The notes under the pieces: generated by a model | What the model was told of the DNA's origin: nothing | The model's input: only the letters and a program-made list of their open reading frames with translations | Databases searched by the model: none | Made by a program: the position numbers and the translations under genes | DNA from: Macrostomum lignano | Taxonomy: Eukaryota | Length of the DNA: 64,000 nt | Direction: 5' to 3' | Assembly (NCBI GenBank): GCA_002269645.1 | Contig: NIVC01003001.1 | Span: 1 to 64,000 of the forward strand | Part shown: positions 1 to 11,732 of the stretch, piece after piece | Layout of the letters: each line of letters begins with the position of its first letter | How positions within the stretch are numbered: position 1 is the stretch's first letter

Positions 1-2023
1 ATTTAACCTTCTCGCTGAATCACTGCACACGTCAGATTGAATCGGAGTAATGAGACTACTAACAGTATTATTGAATGATTTCTGCCCCAATAACAGCACT
101 ATTGAACAAAATGAGCAAAAGTGTGCGCCTAATCTAGCTACTGAAATAGGGGACAGATAAGGAATCACCTAATCGAGCAAGTCTAGGTAGCCTCTCGCCC
201 AACCAATCAGAAACTCAACAGCCGCGACCAGGTAATCCACAGTGACCGAATCGGCTTAGTGCTTCGCAGCTGTAGGCCCGGGATGATGCTGTCACAATCG
301 CTGCAGATAGCTAGCAGGTGATGTTCTTAAACTCGATGTTTGAAGCAATCGACTGAGGGAGACATCCTTGATGATGAGGGGGGGTTGTCGAAATCCGGGG
401 ATCAAGAGACGACGGTCGTGACTCCGGAATGGGAGCCGCCAACGTAAAGGGGGTCGAGTCCCGGGAGCCAAAGGGGTAGAACAGTGCGGACCAAAAACGC
501 CGGTTTAAATAGCCGCCAACTGTACCGCAATTTGTTAAAATGGAACACCTCGACGCTGATTGGCTGAGCCGATTTGTTATAACTGACGTCGAATTTTCTG
601 ATTGGCTGAGCTTGTTGCCACTCAAACTCACATGACCAAAGGATCCTATCAGTTCCCTCGGGGCCATAAAAATACGCCAGGTGTCACCATAAATCACTCA
701 AAATCGCTACATAATGATTTATGACCTTTCGCGTAGGAATTACAAAAAAATTAATGAAAAAATATGCATTAGAAAGGTCTTATTGAGTTGAAAGTGAAGA
801 TGGTTAAGAAAAATCGCTAATCGCTAATCCCAAAGTACTTTTAGGGGTAAAAAAGGGGTAAAGCTGTCAGAGCTGTCAAACGCTTGAGTGAACAATAACA
901 ATAGGCCCTGACCTCATAAATCTGATAGCCTGTCAAAAATGGTGGTGAGAAAAAAGCCAACCGCCCGCATCCCCACAGACCATCTGGCGCCAGCCTCAAC
1001 ACTAAAAGTAAGGCGCAGGTGGCTGTCAGGCATGCTCACAAGCCATGATTTATGACCCTAAAAGTAGCAAAAACCGCGCCTATGTTAGGAGCGTATAATG
1101 ACTACAAGTAGAATGAATTCTGGGAAAATTACATATAAAAAGAAAAATACCCATAGCCTGCTGATAGTAGGCTAACAAGTTTGGAATCCATGTACGAGCG
1201 TGAGATTTGGAAAAAAAAGTGCGTCCTCTGCACTTGATTCATAATATCAATTTCAATCGAAGATAACTTCAATTGCCTTCAGTTGCAGATGGACTTTGTC
1301 GAGTGTAGTTGCCACTTGCCGACCTTGAGCATCAGGAATTCCCGATTTCGGACCCGACCCTGGTTGACGCAGGATAACACAGCTGTTAAGCAAATATAAG
1401 GAAAAAGCAGGTTAGTTAGAGGTTTTATATGGGTCAAACAGAAATTAGAAGCTGGTGTCATCTGCTTGACCTTCTGATTCTGCTTGACTTTCTAACTCAT
1501 AAATCAATAATATGATCTCATGAATTATATGACCCACCACTGATTTTATCTACCACTGATCGGATCCACCCATGCTGTGATCTATCACTGATGTGATGTA
1601 CCGACTGATTTGACGCCATGACAAACTTGAAACTGACTGATATGACCTCTTGGCTGATGTACGAGCTAATGCCATGATTGATATAAATTCATGACTGATG
1701 TGACCCTTCTGGCATATTGTAACCCTAAACGATGAATTGTAACTCACCAACAGCAGCCCTGGTCCGATAATCCGCATGGATTTGTATCGACGTTTATTTG
1801 GCCAACGTTGACAGGAATCGTTGCAGACATTTTTTATTGTAAATTTCTTGATTTGTTATTATTTGGGAGGCCGATTGTTATACGAGTAAAAACCATGTAC
1901 AATAAAGTCTTTATTTAGCTAGTATATAGTGATTTTATTCGGTAGTACCTCTCGGTAGTACCCAAACAGAAAGCATGAGTATGAAAAGTACTACCTTATC
2001 ACATTTGCGAAACTAATTGGGAG

Positions 2024-2563
2024 CATGAGAATTGCCCGCCGAGAATTGCCCGCCGAGAATTGCCCGCCGAGAATTGCCCGCCGAGAATTGCCCGCCGAGA
2101 ATTGCCCGCCGAGAATTGCCCGCGAGAATTGCCCGCCGAGAATTGCCCGCCGAGAATTGCCCGCCGAGAATTTCCCGCCGAGAATTGCCCGCCGAGAATT
2201 GCCCGCCGAGAATTTCCCGCTGAGAATTTCCCGCCGAGGTTCGCCCGCAATGCTTTTTTCCTGCAGCGCATTTGGCCACGCGGCAGATTTTGTCTGCATT
2301 GCCTCCCCAATGCTTACTAAAGCTTTTAATGCTTTTAATAAAGAGGTACATGTATTCCCGATCAAAACGTTTTGATAGTAACTGCATAGCTCGTATTAAA
2401 TACATATTTTTTGGGAGGGGTGGGGGCAGCGCAGACAGAATCTACGCTCGTAGCTGCCAAATGCGCTGCAGGAAAAAAGCAAACCTCTGCGGGAAAAAAA
2501 CTCGGCGGGGCAAATCTCAGCGGGCAATTCTCGGCGGGCAAATCTCGGCGGGCAAATCTCATG
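2024..2563. mobile_element. Foldback-like element: inverted arms built of a 14-bp tandem unit
   Basis: Left arm 2024-~2310 is CATGAG + (GAGAATTGCCCGCC)n + TTTTTTCCTGCAGCGCATTTGGC. Right arm ~2420-2563 carries the reverse complement (CCAAATGCGCTGCAGGAAAAAA ... GGCGGGCAAATCTCATG). No target-site duplication (TSD) seen. Confidence 0.7.
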
Positions 2564-3599
2564 GACCCGCAGAGTTACGACGTACAGTCTAAAATATACA
2601 TTGTATCAGTATTATTTAAAACGATTTCTATCGGGTCCTACATCAAAATTAGTTCCTACAAATGCGACCTGCACACATCACTACTATTTTCCGCGGTGCT
2701 CAAGGTAGTGCCTCGTATTCAGAGACGCTGGAAGAACATTATCGTTCATATGCACGTACATTGTACTGTGCACTGTATTTACTGTATTTTATTCAGAAAA
2801 CCAGAACGCACTGCCTATTCTCAAGCCATTGTCTGCAGGACTTCCCACAATGCTTGCTAGCGTACTGCTAATTTTACTTTCGTTAATTTATGGTGCTCTT
2901 TTTCATTGATTTGCAGCAGAAAAGCAAAGATTTTGGATATCAAATGTTTCTTGTGGAGTTAATATTTGCCCCTGGAGGGTTTGCACATGTTTGTGAAGCT
3001 ACCATATCTGAAACAGAAAATGAAAGCAGCAAAAAGATTTTAGCTCGTACCAGTGCACATTCAATTACAGTTTGTTTTCTGCTCATTGGTCTTCGCCCTT
3101 CCCTATCAACCTCCAATTTCTTTGTAGCTACATACGAAACATTTACTCACTAGCTACATTAGTTACATTGTCAAATAATTTATAAATTCGCTTTATTCAC
3201 AACTTTCTCTCGTTTCAAACAATATGTCTGACGGTGTGGTGCACCTTGGTGTGCGAAACGCGTCGTAACAACCTACATGTTAATTTTTGGCTTTCTCTTT
3301 ATTTTACTTGCTAAGCGAGCCACTTTACCGGGATTTACATGAAATTCTGCAGCTGCCCCCACCCAAGATTAAGCTTTTGAAAATTCAAGTAAGTGATTGG
3401 TTAATTTATTGAAATTACACTAAACATTCATGATTATCCAGCGTAGTGTAATTTTATTCTTTTTCAATCTTCCGTACCTTTGTAATCCTCTGAAATTTGC
3501 ATTTCATCTCATCCCTAATTGTAGCATTTTTATCTTATATGTACAACTACTTACATAAATCTCTAAGTTTACATGTGCATATTGCACATACGCTCGAAC

Positions 3600-3920
3600 A
3601 ACATGCTGACGCAACTCACGCTGGACCAGCTGCACGACGCCTTCAAGACTGGCGACGAGCGACTCACCAATGCGGCACTTGACAAACAGGCCTGGTCCCT
3701 TGACTTGTTGCGCCGTTGGTGACTACAGCTGGCAGGCCACTTCATCCGTGCCCAGCCTCACTGCTCACCGCCTGCGCAGAAGGTGCTTCTGCTGAGGCGG
3801 CAGGCGCCCTACCAGCGATGGCAGGCGCGTATTTGGCGCTTCGTCAGCTGCCTGCTCGCTGATTCTGGCGTCGCAGACAAGTCGACGATGCTGTCAATGT
3901 TCTCGCCCAAGTCTGTGTGA
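3600..3920 (+). mobile_element. Degenerate 3' fragment of a non-LTR retrotransposon (RTE-like ORF C-terminus)
   Basis: Reads ...DLLRRW*LQLAGHFIRAQPHCSPPAQKVLLLRRQAPYQRWQARIWRFVSCLLAD, resembling the post-RT tail of RTE-clade LINEs (RRxLxxAGHxxR). It has an internal stop and is a GC-rich island with no splice context. Confidence 0.5.
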
Positions 3921-4342
3921 CGCTGGTATCATTTTTATGACCTATCGACTGCATGTTTTTTAAGTTGCTATGAATCGATTATAAGGCAAAAGACTACTCA
4001 TGATGAGCAAAGCCGTGTCTCATTATTTTACAATCAGGATTCAATTTTTGCAAAGTGAAATCATCGTTGCATTTTGTAACAGTGGCCTGTTATATTTAAA
4101 ATATTAACTCCAATAATATTGATACATCCGTAATACCTCTATTCAAAACTACGCGTACAAAGTGTAACTGTCATGTCAAGAGCAGAAAACCAACATCATC
4201 ATGAAAATATTAAATCGACTTACAGTTAAAAACACTTACCTCGATTTCTTCTCCTTCTCAACTACCATAAATGTACCATCCCAGTTTTATCTAAAAGTAC
4301 AGCTGACAAGAATGACAAAAACAGAAAAGACAAAAAATTTAC

Positions 4343-7300
4343 CTGGACAGTAGGGCTGCGCTTTGTCCGGTCGCCAAGCCGCTGTGAAGTTCTGTTCAGA
4401 CAGACAGCTGAAAAAACTGAGCCAGAAGACACATTCTCCCGGCACACGAAGGCCACCTGGTCTCCGACGAGAAACGGACCGGCTGCAGCCACTGCCAATG
4501 TGGAGGCGTTCAGAGGACCGGCCAGCACGCTGGGATCGATTCCGGGACCGAAGTGGTCTTCTGAACAGGTGACCGGCTGGCAGTCCATGGATGCGCCGGC
4601 AGTCCACTGAGGGCCTGGATTGAAAAAATTAAATTGGTGGCTCCCATAGCTGCACTTCAGACTGTCACTATGTTACGCAGTCATCTCGCTGTAAACAAAC
4701 AATTTCTATGCAAAATGTTTTTATAAACAAAGTTTGAGGTCTTTTTTATCCAGGAAAAGCCTGAGGGAATTTCAGTGGTAAACATAATTTTATATATAAT
4801 CTTCCTGTAAACATATACGATTTATGATTTTAAAAACCTTTTTCGCATGCCGCCATCCGTGAGCTCGCGTACGCATCTACAAACCGGCTGTTGGGCCAGC
4901 ACCTCACTTCCACGGTGCTGTTCACTGGCAGGTACACCTGACCGTCTCCCGTAGTCACGTTTCCCAAGTTGTTGCTGGGCACGGCTGTAGATCGAGTCAG
5001 GTTGGTAGGCAACAGACAGGGCTTGGGCTGGCACAGAGTCTCCGATGTCGGCAGCAGCAGCTGGTTGAGCACCGTCCAGTCACCGGCGGTGCAGACCGCC
5101 TGTAGGAGGAACTGCGAGTCGCTCTGTAGACTGAAGTTCGCCGCCAGCGGAGCGAATGCGCTCGAAAGGCAGGTGACGTTGGCCACTCGGTCGGGATCCG
5201 TGTAGGAGCTGGTGGCGAAGTCGACCAGTCCGAATCCCACCAGCTGCGCTAAGAGACTGTTGTTGCAGTGCTCTAAAAAAGATTAGAAGATGGCTTGCTA
5301 TTGAAAAAGACGGCAGTTCAATAAAAAAATTGTATACCGGTATCTAGAACGAGGTTTCCCAGATTGGTGTGCATTCTTTTGCAAGCCACCACTCCAAGTT
5401 TCGGATTAGAAGCAATGATGACAAGCTGCTTACTGCGGCAGCTGAAGGCCACATTTGAGCCGACGCTGCGCCACACTGCCGCAGGCGGATCTCCGTCTGA
5501 CAGTCCGCACACGGCCAGCTCGCTGCTGCCCGGCATGGCAAAGTACGGCTCCTCGCAGCTCAGCCGCACCAAACTTGTGTAGGGCAGGTGCGAGCTGTTA
5601 GCAAAGTTGAACGATGCATTGATGACGGTCATGCGAGCGGCCTGAGGCTGCAGCACGACGGCATCCGGCTGTGAGCAGTTGAGCAGCTCGCACGGACCGG
5701 GAACGTCCGGCTCCCAGCGGTCTCCCAGCCTGCAGAAGATGCTCAACCGCCGGTTCTGCGTCGTCCGAACGAAGCCGGGCCGGCACTCGTAGCTGAGGCT
5801 GTCGTCGACCTGCACTCCGGAAGCCGGCAGACCCGTCTGCAGCTCCTGCTCGAGGTTCAGCGAGCTGTACAGGCTGGAGTTTCCCAGTCCCGGCGGCAGA
5901 CTCGAGCAGGCGGTCGGTCGGCAGTTCAGGTGGGTGAACGAGGTCCAGCTGCTGTTGATGCAGCTGATGACGAAGCTGACAGATCCGTTGGGCAGACCGC
6001 CGACGCTGTAGTTTGTGTTGCAGGTGAAGGCGAGGCTGGCGCCCTCCCAGGAGGTGTTTCCGAGGGTGGCGTTGGCCTGCGCGTTGGCCACGGTCGGAGG
6101 GACGGAGACGCCGCCGCAGTATCCGGGGCTGCAGTCCATGGTGACGGGGCTCCAGCTGCCGCCAGGCATGCAGGAGGCGGTCTGGCTGGAGCCTGTGAGA
6201 CCGGATTCACAGGAGATGTGGATTTCGTCCCCGGGTCGGAATGTTCCGTTCGATAAGAGGTGCGTCAGCAGCTGGCTGTCAGTGTAGTTGTATGTGACGC
6301 CCTTTGTGGTGAAGCTGGTGATAGTTGCGGTGTCATTCGGGTAGACGGGCATCTGGGTGCACGGCAGCGAGACGCATTGGGGCATTTCAATATCCCACAC
6401 GGCGTCCTGAGCGGCGGAATTATTGAGTCACTTGAGTTACTATTTTGATATATCAATAATTACGAATATGGATGTAAGAAAAATTTCAAAGATTTTTGCA
6501 AAGTTAATTTAAGGAGATTCCATTATGTCTGTTTTAAACATTTAGGGTTGTTTGTCATTAATTTAACATACGTGAATTAGAGTTATTCTCAGCTTAATCG
6601 AGCTGAACCTGTACCTGGGTGCATCGCCTCACAATGCTGCTGCCGTTTTTTTCAGAACCAGCGAACACAAAGTTCGGAGCGCAAGTGTATTCAATCTGGT
6701 GAAACGGCAGCTTCTTCAGCTGCAGCTCCGCAGCGGAGAGCGAACTGTTCCAGGAGGCGCAGACGAGATGCCTCTCCGTCAGCTGATTGTCAGTGTGCGG
6801 ACTGGGGCAGGTCATGGCTGAAGTGGAAATTAATTGTAAGTTAACTTGCTCATAAGTTTAATTTAAAGCTCTAGAGTAAGTTTGTCTATTTCAGAATAAA
6901 TACCCATAAAGTACATTTTTATTGGAAACAATAAATTCGTCTCCCCTTGCTCATGGTAGTTTTTGAGGATCTGAACCGATTGGATAATGCTTCAGAACTC
7001 AGATGACCCAAAATAAGCTGGAGTGACATTTTTGTTTCCTACTTTGGGGATGTTAGTATATTTTGGATTACACGTAGCAAGGGGTCAGTAGATTAAGTAT
7101 CAGAAGACGTTGTCCATCCTAATGCTCCCAGTAAGCGTATCGGCACGTAACTATGCAGTTCGAACAACGTTCCTTGGAAATTGGTTTTACACTGGTGACG
7201 TTGGGAGGGGCAACAAAAGGAATATTTATGATGAAGTTCATAATGCAAATGCCTTTCAAAGTTATAAAGCAGGGGTCGGCAAACTCCAGCCCACGAGGCC

Positions 7301-9126
7301 TCTCTAATCCGGCCCTCGGGTCCTTATAACTTCACAATGGCAATCCCGCCCGCTCAAGGTTGGCGTAGCTGTTCTATCTCCTCACTTCTCTCTTCTCTTC
7401 CCGTGGGCGAGGCACTTTGAATGTATTTTACTAGCGTTTGTTTTTGTTATTCGTTGTAACGCTCACTATATGTAAACCTTCCAGCAATAGAAAGATGGCT
7501 TTGGAAAAAGATGTGAAAATTTCTTTACAGAGAAGTGCTTCCAATCAAAGATGCTTACCTGTACAGAGTACACCCTCGTTGGAGTGGTAATTGCTTCTCT
7601 TAACCGCCTTGGGCAACGAGTCTTTCCAGATGTATCTCACGACAAGTCCCTTGCTCTTGTCTTGGCTAAGGATCTCTTTGCTGAGACTAGACCGGCAGGG
7701 GATCCCGGGAAGGCAGAAGGACTGACGTCTCCAGTTGGTCATGCCGGTGTCGAACATGAGCGCAAGCATCAGGTGGCCTCCGTTTAACACATAGGTTCCC
7801 GGAATGATTGAATCATTCAGAAATTTCCTAATCCCGAATGCAATGGGTACACGGTGAGGAGTCACAATGAGGCGTTTTAGCTAGTTTTAGCTAGCAGTAA
7901 GTTGATGGATTATCGAGGGCTGGTTTTGGGGTCTTTGTAAAGATCTCAAGTCTTTGGGTCTGGTCTTGTGTCTTTGCAAGGATGCAGAGATACTATCATA
8001 TGGTACTATATTAGACTATACTACCGTATGCTATGCTAGCTCGCATAAGGATTTATATACATTTCAAGACTACGCACAAAGATTCAACAGTCGAGCTTAG
8101 ATATCACAAAGAATGGGGAAAATTTTCCAAAAACTTCCTAAACTTTCTCTAACAGTGTAAACAAACCATAATTTATCTCGTTTCTCTAAGCTCTCCGCTT
8201 GCGCGGGACGGCCATTGCCGGCTTCGCAGAACAGCTCGTAGGCATCTTGCAGGTACTCGTCTTTAAACTTTAGCTTGGTGGAGTGGACGCAGAAGCTCTG
8301 ATTCACCAGCGGTCCTCCGTCCAAGCTAGCAACCAGGCTTGCTGGACTGCAGGCAATGTAAGGTTCTGCAGAGCCATTACCTGAAGATAGTAGCTTGCTT
8401 ATATAAAAGTGCTAGAAGGTGTCAAGTATTGAATTTTTTAACAGAATGCGACTCACGCTGAGGGAAATACTCGCAGACTGGATACAACTCGACGCTTGTG
8501 TCCACAGCTGTGTACAGAAACTTATTCTCGAATCGGTTTAAGGCTATCAGGTTAAACTTCGCGTCGACAGAGGAATTGTCCCACTGCCCAGCTGGCGGGG
8601 TGAAGGATGGACCGAACATGTTCCAGGCAAGGGGCACCGGGTCTCCTCCTGTGTAAAAATAAGGCTGATAGGTCCAATTAGTGCACAGGTCTTTGCCGTC
8701 TACGATGAGACTGAGTGTAACGCTGAAATTTTTGTTGCGGAATGTTTAAGCGAGCACTCTTTCATTTGGACTCATAGTTCAGAAGATGTAACTGTTGAAA
8801 GGTTTTGCAAGAATTTAATCAGCAAAGGCTCACTTTTCGGTAATCAGACTGTTGAATGCGTCGACGGCTCGAGTGTCGTTGAGAGGAGCGAATATGCTGT
8901 GGTTGTTCTCCTTCAGGGCCAAGCAGTCGGAGGCGAAAGTAGCGTACGGCAGGGACCTGTTGAACGTCGGCGGGTCGGCATCGGAAATCGGGTAGCGGAA
9001 GATGTACTCTGTGCCTTTGAAGTCGGGGATTTTGACGTAGTCCCACCGGTAGCCAAGGCAGACTTGGGAACCACAGTAGTGAGCCAGCCACCACAGTAGG
9101 TAATAAATAACAGCACTTGACATCAT
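4343..9126 (-). CDS. Secreted C-type-lectin-like + multi-Sushi/CCP protein, paralog 1 (1-nt frameshift in exon 8 as assembled)
   Basis: Exons 8834-9126, 8457-8722, 8167-8380, 7559-7827, 6615-6817, 5434-6406, 4838-5272, 4343-4614. All introns are GT..AG with compatible phases, and exon lengths match paralogs 2 and 3. Signal peptide MMSSAVIYYLLWW...; CCP motifs such as YTCAPNF..C..W, SCESG..C..W, YECRPGF..C..W. A possible terminal mini-exon lies at 4262-4290 (DKTGMVHLW*). Confidence 0.82.
7270..7320 (+). mobile_element. hAT (Buster/Charlie-like) DNA transposon terminal remnant
   Basis: CAGGGGTCGGCAAACT followed by CCAGCCCACGAGGCC...ATCCGGCCC, typical of hAT left ends. No partner end was found. 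Confidence 0.5.
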
Positions 9127-9256
9127 TTGTGCCGCTCTTGCTTATTCAAAAACTTTCAACTATATCACTACAACGTTTATGAGATTGAACCAGAATTGCC
9201 GGTGTATTTCACCTCGCCAATCAAGCCAGGAGTTTCTTATAGCTAAGAAAGCAAAT

Positions 9257-9271
9257 GTTTAGTTTGGCAAC
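9257..9271 (-). promoter_or_regulatory. RFX X-box-like site upstream of paralog 1
   Basis: GTTTAGTTTGGCAAC has one strong half-site (GGCAAC) about 130 bp upstream of the ATG at 9126. A CCAAT box (GATTGG) is nearby. Confidence 0.3.
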
Positions 9272-10379
9272 CGGCAAGTCCTGATTGGCTAAGCTGCAGA
9301 TCGAGAAAGATGAAACAATCAAGATTTGTCAGCTTTAGGACAGAAGTTTAAGCGCACTAAGTATACAAAGGCTTCATATTGAATCGCCGAGTGCAAGACA
9401 TAAGCTACGGTTATGTCGATGCACTCACGCCATCTGATAAAAAATGAATGGGAAATGAACTTATTAATCTCGTCGATCATAACTTTAAACTTTATAATTT
9501 TTCGCCTTTGCTCTCAACGGAGGTCGCATAGAACTGACGAACGTACAAACTCTGAATTTTGAATCTCGCCTGAAGTTCCTTGCAAATTACAAGCAGTTTA
9601 CGGCCTGCAAACACGTCAGCACGTTACAGTTTTTATACGTCATAAATTCAACCATCAGACTACACACAAAGTTGTAGCTAAGTCACTACTTACTTAACAA
9701 GATAGACTTAAAATATTTCTCGTGCAATTTGTCCCCAGTGTTTCAGCATATCCTGGCCAGCAGGCTTGCCTCACTCCGTGACGTCACAGTCGCTACCGCA
9801 TCGCTAACTTGCGCGACAGGAGAGAAGTGAGAGATGCACTGGCTGTCAAATATTCTGCCCCACACTTTTCCGCCGCTTTTGTTTCAACGAAAAAGCTTTC
9901 ACCCAACCACGCTAACGGGACTAACAGGTTTAACGCCGCCTTCGTTTCCGCAAAGTCAATCCAATCTGCTTGCCTTGAATAAATACAAGTTTCACTGATA
10001 CAACGCCTTTCGTGCTTTGGTTTTGTAAAGAAATTGTCTCTTTCCCAACATTTCCTTTGCAGCTTTGTCTTGCAGTTTCCGGTAGAAGTTTTTTACAGAA
10101 TCTCCCAATCGATAGCGTGACTTGCATAAAGCTTTAAAATTTCACTGCAGATTTAGAAGCACCTGTAAAATATATATTATTTCTCGAGAAATTTTCGAAA
10201 ATAACCTTTGATTCCACTTTCTGAGCTATAGGTCGAATGTATTGATAATCCATTCCACTCCCCAGCCAGTGAGGAGACAAGTAAAGTGAGTTCAAATTCG
10301 TCAGTGTATGCAAAACTATATAGCGCTCAAGCGGAAGAGAATGAATGCCCATGGTAGACTCGTGCGATGTTTCCAGCAG

Positions 10380-10560
10380 ACAACTCGCGATTTAACTGGA
10401 TATCCAAAAGACAACTGGCAATGACATCATCAAGAAATATGTTGAAGAGGGTAGGGTTGATCTTCACTGTGACAACGCATTCAGTCAGTCGGGATATACG
10501 ACGACTTCATAGAGATTGGAATAGTGACGTGACAAAAGAGGCCAGATTATTACAAAGACC
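10380..10560 (-). mobile_element. Highly decayed reverse-transcriptase remnant
   Basis: The minus strand reads ...KINPTLFNIFLDDVIASCLL, matching the non-LTR RT motif SPxLFNIFLDxV. Surrounding frames are broken. Confidence 0.35.
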
Positions 10561-11732
10561 TGCAATAGGACATGTTGAGATTTTAAACGCCTGTTTTCCT
10601 GTTCTGTTTGGTCTGTTGCTGTTGTGCTTTAACTGTGAACAGTATGCTCCTGCTGCACTGAAGAATTCCACTCACTTAGACGAATTCAAAATCACTAACA
10701 AAATTTTACCATAGACATTTTAGTTCTTTTCCCTTTGTTTTGCATACTCTGACGAATTTGAACTCACTTTAGACGAATCCGAAGTTGAAATGGTGTAGTT
10801 TTGCTCATTTCGCTAACCATTGAGCCCACACGCTGACAGATAAGTACATGTACACAGGCATGAACCTACACAGGGTGTTCAGCAAGCTACAGTGGACCCG
10901 ACTTGCCTGGAGAGTTGGCCCCAACAAGGTCGAATTGCACTACCAATCCCTGGTCCATCTTTTTAGCACAACCCTTTAGACTTAGCTAATGTGACGAACC
11001 CATTACCACGTTTTAGCTATCCTACGCAATAGGATGATATGATATTTTGATAAATTTTGAATTTAATTTTAGCATGTGCTACAATTTTTTTAAGTCATGT
11101 GTTCAATCGGTGTCATCCAGACGTAAGAGGTATAGTTGACATGCCATCATGAAAGTTACACTCTACATTGAATCTGTTCTAACTAACTTGAGGCACTTTT
11201 GTTAGAACCTCCATGGACAAATCCATTAAATTAAGTACTTTTACAGAGAAAATAATAACTTTCGAAAATCAAATAATATTTATTTACGAACAGTATGTCA
11301 GTTAGTAAGAAAGAAGAAGTAAGAAGTATTAGTAAGAAGTAAGAAGTATTAGTAAGCAGGACCAAAATGAAAAGCCGTTTCTTACATGATAACATGATAA
11401 AGATATTTTGGAACTTGAAGTCTAAAGCAAGGACTACTAGACTAGAACGAAGTGTTCCTAGTGGTCCTTGAGCCTACGGTTATGTAAATACACGTTTTCT
11501 ATCTGACACAGGGTGATAAAACTTTTAATGAAAACGAAACAAGGAGGATGTAAAATTTTCTGCAAAGAGCTCAATAGACTAGTTTAATAAAATGTTTTAA
11601 TAGATACATAAGCTAGACCAGCTGCATATGTCAAATTTGTCAATCGGCAATAAAAAGATGGCAAAGCAAATAATTATGTGCATCTCGAAGTTGATTGAAG
11701 CTTCAGATTCAATGGATATCATCGAGCTTTGA

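Noticed and set aside
311-697. 128-aa minus-strand ORF with nearby CCAAT motifs
   Set aside because: No recognisable domain, splice structure or paralog.
1991-2405. Six overlapping ORFs (RRELPAENCPP / GGQFSAGNSRRAIL)
   Set aside because: They are translations of the stop-free 14-bp tandem repeat.
5930-6287. Antisense and alternate-frame ORFs over exon 6, repeated at 26754-27261 and 32226-32733
   Set aside because: They are shadow ORFs of GC-rich coding exons, recurring only because the exon is duplicated.
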